NCBI GenBank assembly: GCA_964512985.1
Contig: CAZELI010000011.1
Span: forward strand, 383-64,382
Length of the DNA stretch: 64,000 nucleotides
Source of the DNA: an uncultured Gammaproteobacteria bacterium
Lineage (GTDB): Bacteria; Cyanobacteriota; Vampirovibrionia; LMEP-6097
Direction of reading: 5' to 3'
Shown here one piece after another: positions 19,188 through 28,230 of the stretch (the stretch's first letter is position 1; every line of letters starts with the position of its first letter). Below the pieces are notes generated by a model. The model saw only the letters and a list, made by a program, of their open reading frames with translations, was not told the origin of the DNA and searched no databases. A program made the position numbers and the translations under genes.

Positions 19188-19252
19188 CAAAATCCACAAA
19201 GGCTAAGTCTACCTTAGTACACTATATGCTATTACCATTTAATCCAATTGAC

Positions 19253-20476
19253 CTAGCGCGACATCCCAAGCTTCTGGGCTTGTTGATAAACTTTACCTTC
19301 AGTAAGAATACTTGGAGCGATAATCACTTCTACATCCTGGAAGTCTTTAAGTGTCTCAGCGCCTAGAGTTGCCATAGATGTTTTGATAGCTCCTAATAAG
19401 TTTTGGCTGCCATCGTCTCTGCGAGCGGGTCCGTGAATGAGTTCGTGAACTGAGCAATCAGTTCCTACATGGATTCTAGTACCACGAGGTAATACTGGAC
19501 TAGGAGTCGCCATACCCCAATGATAACCGCGAGCAGGAGCTTCTTCAGTACGCGCGAATGGCGAACCTATCATCACTGCATCAGCACCACAAGCAAGTGC
19601 CTTACAAATATCACCACCGATGTTCATTCCACCATCACCGATAATTGGTACATAACGTCCAGACTCTTGGAAATAATCATCACGTGCTTGACGACAGTCT
19701 GCTATTGCAGTTGCCATCGGCACTCCGATACCTAATACACCTCTAGATGTACAAGCCGCACCAGGACCGATTCCCACTAAGAGTCCAGCGATACCAGTAC
19801 GCATAAGCTTAAGCGCGATATTATAATCCACACAATTCCCCACTACTACAGGGATCTTAGATTGCTGGCAGAAATCTTCTAAGTTAAGTTCTGACTTAGG
19901 ATCGTAACCAGGCTTAGCTTTATAAGCTTTATGCTCAAGTCCTACTACTGTAGATTGAATTACTAATATATCAGCACCAGCCTCTTCTACCACTCGCCCA
20001 TACTCGTTTGCCATATATGGTGCAATCGAGACTACGACAGGCTTTGATTTATCCTTAAAACTAGCTTTCATTTGCTTAATTACTTTAGCGATTAATTCTT
20101 TCTTGATAGGTTCTTTATAAATCTTCTGCATCAACTCAACAAACTCAGTTTTATCAGCAGCACACATCTCCAAGAGCACCGTAGAATAATCCTCATAACG
20201 AGTATAAACTCCTAGTAAATTAAGAACTGCCATCACTCCTTGATCTGCGATCAAACTAGCATTACCAGGACTCACAACAGAATCCATCGCACTTGCAATA
20301 ATGGGCACTTCAAACTTAAAACCACCTAGCTCCCAGCTAGTATCACAAAGCTCTACATCGAGAGTATTACCAGCAGGTACTAAAGCTATCTCATCAAACC
20401 CATATGCTCTTCGAGTCTTCTTCCCTAGACCAATCGACATTGCGCTTATCTCAGGACTCAATATAGCATTACTCAT
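19253..20476 (-). CDS. IMP dehydrogenase/GMP reductase-related protein lacking CBS domains (GuaB3-like)
   Basis: TIM-barrel IMPDH-like motifs: GIGPGAACTSR (catalytic Cys loop), IIGDGGM, MIGSPFA. Confidence 0.7.
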   Translation of the reverse strand: MSNAILSPEISAMSIGLGKKTRRAYGFDEIALVPAGNTLDVELCDTSWELGGFKFEVPIIASAMDSVVSPGNASLIADQGVMAVLNLLGVYTRYEDYSTVLLEMCAADKTEFVELMQKIYKEPIKKELIAKVIKQMKASFKDKSKPVVVSIAPYMANEYGRVVEEAGADILVIQSTVVGLEHKAYKAKPGYDPKSELNLEDFCQQSKIPVVVGNCVDYNIALKLMRTGIAGLLVGIGPGAACTSRGVLGIGVPMATAIADCRQARDDYFQESGRYVPIIGDGGMNIGGDICKALACGADAVMIGSPFARTEEAPARGYHWGMATPSPVLPRGTRIHVGTDCSVHELIHGPARRDDGSQNLLGAIKTSMATLGAETLKDFQDVEVIIAPSILTEGKVYQQAQKLGMSR

Positions 20477-20527
20477 CTAGTCTATTTTAGCCCATTAGAG
20501 ATTGTGCCGAAAGCTTCTTAACATTTC

Positions 20528-21319
20528 CTATATATTTATATTCGACTGGATCACGACGTCGCGCCTACGGCGCTCCTCGTGATGACGAAAATTATTATTA
20601 ATATACTTCCCAAAAACCAAAATCGCTGGAGACTGTATCCCACTATTAATCATATCTTGGGCTAAATTTCCCAAAGTACTAACAACAATTTTCTCATCAT
20701 CGAGAGTGCCATTATGAATAGCAATCACTGGAAGGTTTATATCAAGATACTGTTTTAAGCCATCAATGATTTTTACAACAGTACTAAGCCCCATATAGAC
20801 TACGACCGTCGCGCCAGTACCGAGAATCCTTGCCCAGTTCGAGATCTTCTCATCATTAGGTTGATGTCCAGTAACCAAAGTCACTGAATCACTACAATCT
20901 CTAAGAGTCAGTGCTATACCGCGCGCTACGGGTATAGCAAGACCACTGGTTAAACCAGGTATCACTCTATAGTCATAGCCATGCTTCTTAGCTACTTCTA
21001 ACTCTTCTACACCTCTAGCGAAGATAAAAGGATCTCCACCTTTAAGCCTGAGAACATGCTTGTTTAATCTAAGCTGCTCTAATATAAGTGCATTAATTTC
21101 TTCTTGGCTTATGGATTGATGTCCTTTACGCTTACCGACAAAAATCAACTCTGGAAGTTTTTCTAAACCTTGAAAAGCAAGCTGGAATATTTGTTGATTA
21201 ACTAAACTATCATAGAGAATGATATCCGCTCTCTGAAGCTCTTTAAGAGCTTTAATAGTGATCAATTCAGGATCACCAGGTCCAGCTCCGACAAGACTAA
21301 GTAAGGCAGTTCTCCCCAT
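20528..21319 (-). CDS. cobA: Uroporphyrinogen-III C-methyltransferase (SUMT)
   Basis: GAGPGDPELITIKALKELQRADIILYD. The last approximately 14 codons (HEERRRRDVVIQ...) are encoded by a solo repeat module. Confidence 0.85.
   Translation of the reverse strand: MGRTALLSLVGAGPGDPELITIKALKELQRADIILYDSLVNQQIFQLAFQGLEKLPELIFVGKRKGHQSISQEEINALILEQLRLNKHVLRLKGGDPFIFARGVEELEVAKKHGYDYRVIPGLTSGLAIPVARGIALTLRDCSDSVTLVTGHQPNDEKISNWARILGTGATVVVYMGLSTVVKIIDGLKQYLDINLPVIAIHNGTLDDEKIVVSTLGNLAQDMINSGIQSPAILVFGKYINNNFRHHEERRRRDVVIQSNINI
20545..20587. repeat. Solo (singleton) hairpin module of the repeat family
   Basis: CTGGATCACGACGTCGCGCCTACGGCGCTCCTCGTGATGACG. Stems ATCACGA/TCGTGAT and GCGCC/GGCGC. Confidence 0.8.
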
Positions 21320-21921
21320 TATTCTAGTCTCTCCCTAAACACTCTATCTGTATACCAACGTATTAATTTAGACCTGCGTACTACATTATTCTCGCCAGTG
21401 ATTTTAGTTTGAACTTTTTCTCTAAACTCATGAATAATATCTACTAGCGATAAATATTTCACTCTAATAACATCTTCCAGGTCCTTTCTTATTTTCTGAG
21501 CCACAGAAGGCGCTTTACCATTGGTACTGATAGCTAGCTTAATATCACCAGCTTCAACAATACTCGGCACATAGAAATCACAATACTCAGCTTGATCGAC
21601 AGAATTCACGAGAATGTTTTGGTCTCTACATCTATTAGCGATGCTGTTATTTAATTCAGGAAGATTAGTCGCAGCTATCACCATGTAATAATCCTTCTCA
21701 TCCCCAAAGTCATAGTCTCTCTCTATAAACTTGATACTTCTAATATTAGGGAACTCACCACGACAAGCACGTATCTCATCAATAATAGTAGGAGCAATTA
21801 TCGTTATATAAGCATCTGTATTAAGCAGCCCAACAAGCTTCTGCAAGGCGATCATGCCACCACCTACTATAAGAACTTTCTTCTCTGTGAGCTTAAGGAA
21901 TATTGGGTAAAGCTTATTCAT
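21319..21921 (-). CDS. sirC: Precorrin-2 dehydrogenase / sirohydrochlorin ferrochelatase (SirC/CysG N-terminal type)
   Basis: NAD-binding KVLIVGGGMIALQKL. Size and position next to cobA. Confidence 0.75.
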   Translation of the reverse strand: MNKLYPIFLKLTEKKVLIVGGGMIALQKLVGLLNTDAYITIIAPTIIDEIRACRGEFPNIRSIKFIERDYDFGDEKDYYMVIAATNLPELNNSIANRCRDQNILVNSVDQAEYCDFYVPSIVEAGDIKLAISTNGKAPSVAQKIRKDLEDVIRVKYLSLVDIIHEFREKVQTKITGENNVVRRSKLIRWYTDRVFRERLE

Positions 21922-22679
21922 ATAGTAAACTCCCCGCCCTGCTTCATTTCAGAATCTTGAATATGCAGACCACACTCTATCTTATCCTTACCAGCCCAAC
22001 GCCCCTTACGATCAGTTCCAGGACTAGTACAAGGCTCGCAACCAATACTATCGTAACCCTCGTCTAAGAGAGGATTATAAGGAACCTTATTCTCATGAAT
22101 AAACTTCCAGATATTAGATTTAGTCCAATGTATTAGTGGATTGATCTTGCCAAGCTTAAACTTAGAATCATATTCAAATGCTAGTGCACTAGCACGATAG
22201 GCTGTCTGCTCGCGTCTTATAGAAGTGATCCAGGCATATTTACCTTGCAATAAATTAGCAAGCGGTACTAATTTTCTCATATAGCAACACTGGTCTGGGT
22301 CTATCTTATAGAGATCTTTACCGTATTTAGTATCTTGCTCTAGGACACTGAGTTTAGGTTCTATCATTTGGATACTTAATTTATAACGATCTTCTAGTCT
22401 TTGTTTCAATTCTAGAGTTTCCTTAAATTGATAACCAGTATCCAAATTAGCAATTATAGGCATAGTGGCTTTAGGTTGTAGATCTGCAATCATCTTTAAT
22501 AATACGCAACCCTCAGCCCCAAATGCTGTCAAAAAAACTATCTCTCCAAACTTTGATAACTCAGACAAACTATAGTCCAGAATCTCCATTGCAGTAGCAT
22601 TCTCAAACTGGTCGCCAAGCTTATTCCACTCTGACGGCTCCTTAATTAAGTGCACCCTGAATTGCCTCCACACCGACAC
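21918..22679 (-). CDS. cysH: Adenylyl-sulfate (APS)/PAPS reductase, Fe-S type
   Basis: The CC (DQCCYMRK) plus CxxC (GCEPCT) cysteines are typical of APS reductases, and there is a C-terminal ECGLH. The track start overlaps sir by 38 nt, so the true start is uncertain. Confidence 0.8.
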   Translation of the reverse strand: MSVWRQFRVHLIKEPSEWNKLGDQFENATAMEILDYSLSELSKFGEIVFLTAFGAEGCVLLKMIADLQPKATMPIIANLDTGYQFKETLELKQRLEDRYKLSIQMIEPKLSVLEQDTKYGKDLYKIDPDQCCYMRKLVPLANLLQGKYAWITSIRREQTAYRASALAFEYDSKFKLGKINPLIHWTKSNIWKFIHENKVPYNPLLDEGYDSIGCEPCTSPGTDRKGRWAGKDKIECGLHIQDSEMKQGGEFTI

Positions 22680-24240
22680 GATCTACAAAATCTCGAAAAA
22701 CTTCATTGAGAGTTTTATTAGTTAAATAATATTTCAATAAATCCTCTACTGTTGTTTCTATCTCTTCATGCAAGAACCTACCATCTAAAGGCTTACCAAA
22801 CTGGGCATTATTAGCGAGCCTACCACCGAGGAAGATTCTAAAAGCGTCCTTCATTTCTTCTGTAGTCTCATCCTTCACCTTACAACCCACTAGTCCTATA
22901 TCAGCAATAGAATATTGCGCACAATTATTAGGACAACCTGTAACAGAGATCATTAGCTGTTCTTGCATATCAGGAAACTTAGTATCGAGGTAATCGAATA
23001 AATTCTTAGCTTTAGTTTTAGTCTCCACGATAGCAAGGTTACAGAACTCAGTCCCAGTGCAGGCTACTCCTAATCTAGAAAAAGACGTGTGGTCAATCTT
23101 AAGACCTAGAAGCTTAGCTTCTGTACATAAATCTTCCAGATGAATTTCAGGCACATTAACAATAATTAGATTCTGCTTATTAGTCGTACGTACTTCACCG
23201 TTGTCAGTATAACGTCGAACTAATTTAGCCACATTCTCTAAATCTGGACTATGAGATCTGCCACTGATGAACGCCACGCCGACAGCATAATTACCATTTC
23301 TAAGCCTATTAATACCCAAATGATCATGGTGAGAGACTTCTGGACTAGGGAAATATTCAGGTGCGCCTGTAGCCATAGTACGAATCACAGAAACTCGCTC
23401 GAGCTTATAACCAAGGTTCTTCTCCAATTCATCTAAGAATTTTTCTACGCCCCATTCGTCTATTAGAAATTTAATACGAGATTTAGCTCGCTTATCACGG
23501 AAGCCATGTTCTCTATAGACCGTCGTTGCTGCAATGGTTACGTCCTGCGCTTGCTCGCGCTTAATAAACACGGGAAAGTTCTTAGAAATCATGGGTTTGG
23601 TACTTAAGCCACCACCAACTTTCAATGTGAAACCTAATTCACCCTTTATGGGATGTTTAACACCAACTAATGAAATGCAATTAATATCAGGCTGCGAGCA
23701 CCAAGTAGAACAGCCAGTCACTGACATCTTATACTTACGCGGTAAATTAGAAAAATCCTTATTACGAGTAAAAAACTTATCAATGCTCAATAGTTCAGGA
23801 CTAGCATCAAAGATCTCATCCGGAAGTAAACCAGCTAGGGGACAACCAGTGACGTTACGCAATATATCACCGCAACCACCAGCAGTATCCATCCCTACAC
23901 TTGCAAGCTCCTTAAGTATTGTAGGAATATCTTCTATTCTTATCCAATGTAATTGAATTGCTTGCCTAGTAGTAATATCTGCCACTCCACGAGCATAACG
24001 ACTAGCAATCTCGTTAACCTTCTCTAATTGAGTAATAGTCAGCCTACCACCAGGAATCTTTATGCGCATCATAAAGTAACCCTCAGCGTTAGGCTTCTGC
24101 CCGTATATTCCAAACCACTTAAACAATGGCACTCGCTCAGGATCCACCGCCGAATATCCAATCTTCGAGGCTTCTTCTATATGTGACCAAACTTCTAAAG
24201 TTCCATGTTTAGCTTTAAGTTCTTCTACTGGGTTGGACAT
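22642..24240 (-). CDS. sir: Ferredoxin-type sulfite reductase (siroheme/4Fe-4S)
   Basis: Nitrite/sulfite reductase motifs ACTGTEFCNLA and VTGCPNNCAQ. 532 aa monomeric type. Confidence 0.85.
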   Translation of the reverse strand: MSNPVEELKAKHGTLEVWSHIEEASKIGYSAVDPERVPLFKWFGIYGQKPNAEGYFMMRIKIPGGRLTITQLEKVNEIASRYARGVADITTRQAIQLHWIRIEDIPTILKELASVGMDTAGGCGDILRNVTGCPLAGLLPDEIFDASPELLSIDKFFTRNKDFSNLPRKYKMSVTGCSTWCSQPDINCISLVGVKHPIKGELGFTLKVGGGLSTKPMISKNFPVFIKREQAQDVTIAATTVYREHGFRDKRAKSRIKFLIDEWGVEKFLDELEKNLGYKLERVSVIRTMATGAPEYFPSPEVSHHDHLGINRLRNGNYAVGVAFISGRSHSPDLENVAKLVRRYTDNGEVRTTNKQNLIIVNVPEIHLEDLCTEAKLLGLKIDHTSFSRLGVACTGTEFCNLAIVETKTKAKNLFDYLDTKFPDMQEQLMISVTGCPNNCAQYSIADIGLVGCKVKDETTEEMKDAFRIFLGGRLANNAQFGKPLDGRFLHEEIETTVEDLLKYYLTNKTLNEVFRDFVDRVGVEAIQGALN

Positions 24241-24257
24241 GCTTTAATTATAGCGTA

Positions 24258-25286
24258 ATGCCAAACACTCTCTTCTTACTTGTTATATCAGGCACAGACA
24301 CTATTAAACATCCGGGTATCTCTGCTGCTGGTGCGAATCATGAAATGCTTCCATATACTGCTGCGCTTGATGCTGAGTTTATATATCATGGACATACCAA
24401 GACCTTAGATAAATTACCAATATCGCCTAATAATATAGTCAGCCCCGCATTGATCTCTAAAGCCTGCTTAAATTTACTCGGCATAGACAAGCTTATCATC
24501 GATACTGGCGCACACATTAAACCCCAATGCCCCTATATCACTGTCAGAGAAAAGCCTAGTGGAGATATAAGTACTGGTCAAACTATGACCTATGATGAAG
24601 TAGTAGAGCTTTATCAAACAGGCAAGAATTTTCATGAGACCATCAAAAATTATAATCACGTTATTATTGCAGAGTGTATTGTAGGCGGCACAACTACTGC
24701 CTTAGGTTTACTAGAAGCATTAGGATATAAATGTTCTAGAATGCTCTCCAGTAGCTTCCCCGATGGCAATCATAGCTTGAAAGAAGACTTGGTTCGTAAG
24801 GGATTAAGCCAAGCCCAGATTACCCATGATCCCTTAACTGCAGTAGCTGCCATGGGTGATCCGATGCAAGCCTTTACCTGCGGGCTCGCTCAAAGCTGCT
24901 CAGAGAATAATATTCAAGTGACCCTTGCTGGAGGTACACAGATGATTGCAATAGCTAGCCTAATAGAAAAACTCAATCCACAATCTGAAAATTTAAATAG
25001 AATAAATATTCTTACAACACCGTGGGTGATTCATGATCAGTCAGCGCAGTTTATTAAATTACAAGAACAATGTTGTCCTAATATTAAAGCTCTAACGTTT
25101 AATCCAAACTTACTTGATACTTATGAAGACTTGGATTCTGAAATTCTAAAACTTTCTAATAACGCTCTTTCATTAAAGCAAATCACTGACAGGTATTCAG
25201 AAGGGCATGTAAAGGAGGGAGTAGGAATGGGGGCTTTAATAAATCAAGTTCTGTACTGCCATGCGGATGTCATCTTGCTTAATTAA
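24258..25286 (+). CDS. CobT-like phosphoribosyltransferase homolog (UPF0284 family)
   Basis: 342 aa with ISAAGANHEMLPYTAALDAEF and ECIVGGTTTALG. Recalled as the UPF0284/TIGR00303 pattern. The 3' end overlaps trpC convergently by 51 nt. Confidence 0.6.
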   Translation: MPNTLFLLVISGTDTIKHPGISAAGANHEMLPYTAALDAEFIYHGHTKTLDKLPISPNNIVSPALISKACLNLLGIDKLIIDTGAHIKPQCPYITVREKPSGDISTGQTMTYDEVVELYQTGKNFHETIKNYNHVIIAECIVGGTTTALGLLEALGYKCSRMLSSSFPDGNHSLKEDLVRKGLSQAQITHDPLTAVAAMGDPMQAFTCGLAQSCSENNIQVTLAGGTQMIAIASLIEKLNPQSENLNRINILTTPWVIHDQSAQFIKLQEQCCPNIKALTFNPNLLDTYEDLDSEILKLSNNALSLKQITDRYSEGHVKEGVGMGALINQVLYCHADVILLN

Positions 25287-26051
25287 TGATTCTCCTACAA
25301 GGAACCCCTTAACTCCAAGCTGATGTAAGATTGCAATGTCTTGTTTAGTACTAATGCCAGACTCAGACACCAAGGTGATTCCAGAAAGCCCAAACTTAAA
25401 TCTATTAATCATCTTAGCAGTAGTATCAAGATTCACTTCAAAGGTATTAAGATCACGATTATTAATTCCAATCAAATCAAAGTCCAATCTTAAAGCTCTA
25501 TCCATCTCGTCTTCTGTATGCACTTCTAATAAAACATCCATACCAAACTCGTCTGCTAAAGCACTAAACTCTGAAAGTTCTAGATCATCTAAGATCGCAG
25601 CTATAAGCAAGATAGCATCGGCACCAGACAGTCTAGCTTGTAATATTTGCCTTGCATCGATTATAAATTCCTTACATAAACAAGGTAGATCATACTCACT
25701 AGATATCGCAATTAAATTCTCGTAGCTACCCTTAAAATACTTAGAGTCAGTAAGTATTGAGAAGCAATGTGCGCCACCATCTTGATAAGCCTTCGCTATC
25801 TCATATATATCAAAGTTCTCTTTTATAATACCCTTGCTCGGACTAGCCTTCTTCACTTCTGCAATAAGAGCAGGACCCTCAATAGTACGGATTTTTTTCT
25901 TGAAGCCTCTCGTTTTAGGAAGAGCCTTACAGCTTTTCAGATCATAGATCTTATCCTCCAGCTCTTCAAAGCTTTCTATTCTTTCTACTTCTATGCGTTT
26001 GTTAGCAACTATATCGTCAAGTATACTCACGTTCTTTATTATATCAAGCAT
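25236..26051 (-). CDS. trpC: Indole-3-glycerol phosphate synthase
   Basis: ALIAEVKKASPSKG and CLCKEFIIDARQ. Start placed at MLDIIKN, because the track's N-terminal 9 aa (MMPILRMTK) come from a repeat fragment at 26055-26066. Confidence 0.85.
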   Translation of the reverse strand: MLDIIKNVSILDDIVANKRIEVERIESFEELEDKIYDLKSCKALPKTRGFKKKIRTIEGPALIAEVKKASPSKGIIKENFDIYEIAKAYQDGGAHCFSILTDSKYFKGSYENLIAISSEYDLPCLCKEFIIDARQILQARLSGADAILLIAAILDDLELSEFSALADEFGMDVLLEVHTEDEMDRALRLDFDLIGINNRDLNTFEVNLDTTAKMINRFKFGLSGITLVSESGISTKQDIAILHQLGVKGFLVGESLIKQDDIRMAVQNLIY

Positions 26052-26094
26052 TTTCGTCATCCTAAGTATAGGCATCAACTTAAGCCGAAAAGCT

Positions 26095-26203
26095 CGTCAT
26101 CCTGAGGAGGAGCCGAAGGCGACGACGTCAGGATCCACTACTAAGAAACATCATGAATAGTGGATCCTGACGTCGCAACCTACGGTTGCTCCTCAGGATG
26201 ACG
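26095..26203. mobile_element. REPIN/MITE-like palindromic doublet
   Basis: CGTCATCCTGAGGAGGAGCCGAAGGCGACGACGTCAGGATCCAC, a 21-nt spacer, then GTGGATCCTGACGTCGCAACCTACGGTTGCTCCTCAGGATGACG. Ends 6 nt from the cysN stop. A 12-nt fragment CGTCATCCTAAG is at 26055-26066. Confidence 0.9.
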
Positions 26204-26208
26204 AGACC

Positions 26209-27507
26209 TTACACCACCATGCCAGCAGCAACAGTGTTATTCGTAATCTCGTCTATAAGTATAAAAGCCCCAGTAATTCTATTCTCAGAATACTTGTCTA
26301 CACATAGTGGCTTAAGAACTTTGAAACTTACATTAGCTATATCATTGAGCGCAAGCTCAGAAGTTTCTTGTTTCTCGTAACTATTTATATCTAGTTTGTA
26401 ATTAATTTTGGTTGCCATAGCTTTAACCTTATTAGAAGTATGTTTCAATAAATACTTCTTCCCAGATTCAAACTTCTGCTCTGCCATCCAACAAAGATTC
26501 GCATTAAATTCTTTTACAGGAGTTGCTTCTTCATCCACCTTAGCAAGCATATCACCGCGACTAGTATCGATCTCATCCTCTAGAACTATAGTCACAGATT
26601 GTCTAGCAATAGCTTCGTCAATACTTCCATTAAACTCAGCTATAGTCTTAACCCGAGACTTCATGCCTGATGGCAAGCTTATAAGTTCATCACCTATTTT
26701 CACAGTACCGCTTGCAATCTGTCCCGCAAAGCCTCTGAAATCAGGGTTCTCTAGAGTGTCCACTCTAATTACATATTGAACTGGTAAACGGAAAGGTAGA
26801 TGAGTAATATTATGCTGTACATCTACAGACTCTAAGATATCAATGATACTTACTCCTTGATACCAAGGCATATTAGTACTTTTATTTACGACGTTATCAC
26901 CCTTAAGCGCAGAAATAGGAATGAAATTAAACTGAGACTCATCGATACCAAGCTTCCCAATCAAAACTTTAAAATCATTAACAATATTATTGAAGACATC
27001 TTCTGAATAATCTACCAAGTCCATCTTGTTAACAGCAACGATGAAGTTCGGGATACCAAGCAAGCTAGATATCAAAGCATGTCTACGAGACTGATTTAAT
27101 ATACCCTTACGTGCGTCGATAAGTATGATAGTAAGATGCGCCGTAGACGCGCCAGTCACCATATTACGTGTGTATTGTTCATGACCTGGAGTATCAGCAA
27201 TAATAAACTTACGCTTAGGCGTAGAGAAGTATCTATAAGCTACATCTATAGTGATTCCTTGCTCACGCTCTGCTGCTAATCCATCTGTCAGTAGCGAGAA
27301 ATCTATCCCCTCATCACTTACAAAGCCCTTCTTCGAACTTGTCTTCTCGACTGCGACTAATTGATCTTCAAAGATACTTTTAGAGTCATAGAGCATACGC
27401 CCTATAAGAGTAGACTTACCATCATCGACACTACCAACCGTAGTGAAGCGAAGTATATCCTGCACATCAGAACATTTATCATTAAGCAATGCACATTGAG
27501 TTTTCAT
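26209..27507 (-). CDS. cysN: Sulfate adenylyltransferase subunit 1 (GTPase), no APS-kinase domain
   Basis: GSVDDGKST, DTPGHEQY, NKMD. Start placed at MKTQCALL (ATG at 27507), directly after the upstream stop (TAAAATG). Confidence 0.9.
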   Translation of the reverse strand: MKTQCALLNDKCSDVQDILRFTTVGSVDDGKSTLIGRMLYDSKSIFEDQLVAVEKTSSKKGFVSDEGIDFSLLTDGLAAEREQGITIDVAYRYFSTPKRKFIIADTPGHEQYTRNMVTGASTAHLTIILIDARKGILNQSRRHALISSLLGIPNFIVAVNKMDLVDYSEDVFNNIVNDFKVLIGKLGIDESQFNFIPISALKGDNVVNKSTNMPWYQGVSIIDILESVDVQHNITHLPFRLPVQYVIRVDTLENPDFRGFAGQIASGTVKIGDELISLPSGMKSRVKTIAEFNGSIDEAIARQSVTIVLEDEIDTSRGDMLAKVDEEATPVKEFNANLCWMAEQKFESGKKYLLKHTSNKVKAMATKINYKLDINSYEKQETSELALNDIANVSFKVLKPLCVDKYSENRITGAFILIDEITNNTVAAGMVV

Positions 27508-27508
27508 T

Positions 27509-27548
27509 TTAGAAATACCCTTCCTTCTTTTTCTGTTCCATTGATAAG
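27509..27548. repeat. Copy 2 of the duplicated cysD 3' end
   Basis: Aligns with 28191-28230. 30 of 33 positions are identical in the core (plus strand ATACCCTTCCTTCTT..CCATTGAT). Confidence 0.8.
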
Positions 27549-27847
27549 CCTTTAGCACTGATAGCACATTGTAAAAAATACTTTTGAAAATATTCTATGG
27601 GAGTGCCATAAAGATCACCACCATAGTAAGTATCACAAAAAGTTTCTTTCAATCTACCTATTTCTTTCTTACGGTAAAGTGGCCAGCGTGAATCATTAAG
27701 ACTTGCATTGAATAAGTCTACTGCTCTAAAGAACGCATTCTCGGCATGATCTTCTTTTCCACGTTTCTTCCAGCTAGCATATCGTTCCACTTCACTACCG
27801 ATATTGCCAAGCTGTTCAAGCAAAGACATAGTGTGAAAACTACTCAC
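27509..27847 (-). CDS. Small hypothetical protein 'Y' whose C-terminus duplicates the cysD tail
   Basis: 112 aa, predicted helical. Contains LGNIGSEVERYASWKKRGKEDHAENAF. Ends [11 protein letters not shown], as CysD does. The GTG start overlaps the stop of X (GTGA); the alternative start is ATG at 27829. Confidence 0.6.
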   Translation of the reverse strand: MSSFHTMSLLEQLGNIGSEVERYASWKKRGKEDHAENAFFRAVDLFNASLNDSRWPLYRKKEIGRLKETFCDTYYGGDLYGTPIEYFQKYFLQCAISAKGLSMEQKKKEGYF

Positions 27848-28191
27848 TTTATTTTCCCCTCAATTATTCTAATAATCTCTTTTCTAATATTCTCATCTTC
27901 GACGTATCGTGAGCGATTATTCTGATTTGGTCTAATATTTATCATAGAGTCATATTCAACCCAGTTAGATCTATCTTCATCAGGGTAAATATTAAAACCC
28001 CATACATCACTTTGCTGAGAGCCATCTGCGAGCAAAGCTTGCTCTGCATCCACATGCAATTCTGGTCCCAAAACAATAGACTCTCTTACGATATCAACAG
28101 CCCCTTTAACCATATCCTCAAACCCGCCATGAGCTAAATCTTTAAGTTCTTCCAGTGAGATATGATCTTTAATAACTTTAATATCAAACAT
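27844..28191 (-). CDS. Small hypothetical protein 'X' (pattern recalled as DUF5674-like, unverified)
   Basis: About 115 aa with GPELHVDAEQALLADGSQQSDVWGFNIYP...YDSMINIRPNQNNRSRYVED. The ATG at 28191 shares one base with the cysD stop (TGATG). Confidence 0.6.
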   Translation of the reverse strand: MFDIKVIKDHISLEELKDLAHGGFEDMVKGAVDIVRESIVLGPELHVDAEQALLADGSQQSDVWGFNIYPDEDRSNWVEYDSMINIRPNQNNRSRYVEDENIRKEIIRIIEGKIK

Positions 28192-28230
28192 CAAAAGTAC
28201 CCTTCCTTCTTCTTCTGCTCCATTGATGAG
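28191..28230. repeat. Copy 1 of the duplicated segment (the authentic cysD 3' end)
   Basis: See 27509-27548. Both copies encode [10 protein letters not shown] followed by a stop. Confidence 0.8.

Noticed and set aside
27508-27567. Longer cysN start (track ORF begins MLSVLKAYQWNRKRRKGISK at 27567)
   Set aside because: The extension is the duplicated cysD tail read in another frame, and it overlaps ORF Y. The canonical MKTQ... start at 27507 directly follows the stop codon, as in typical cysD-cysN junctions.
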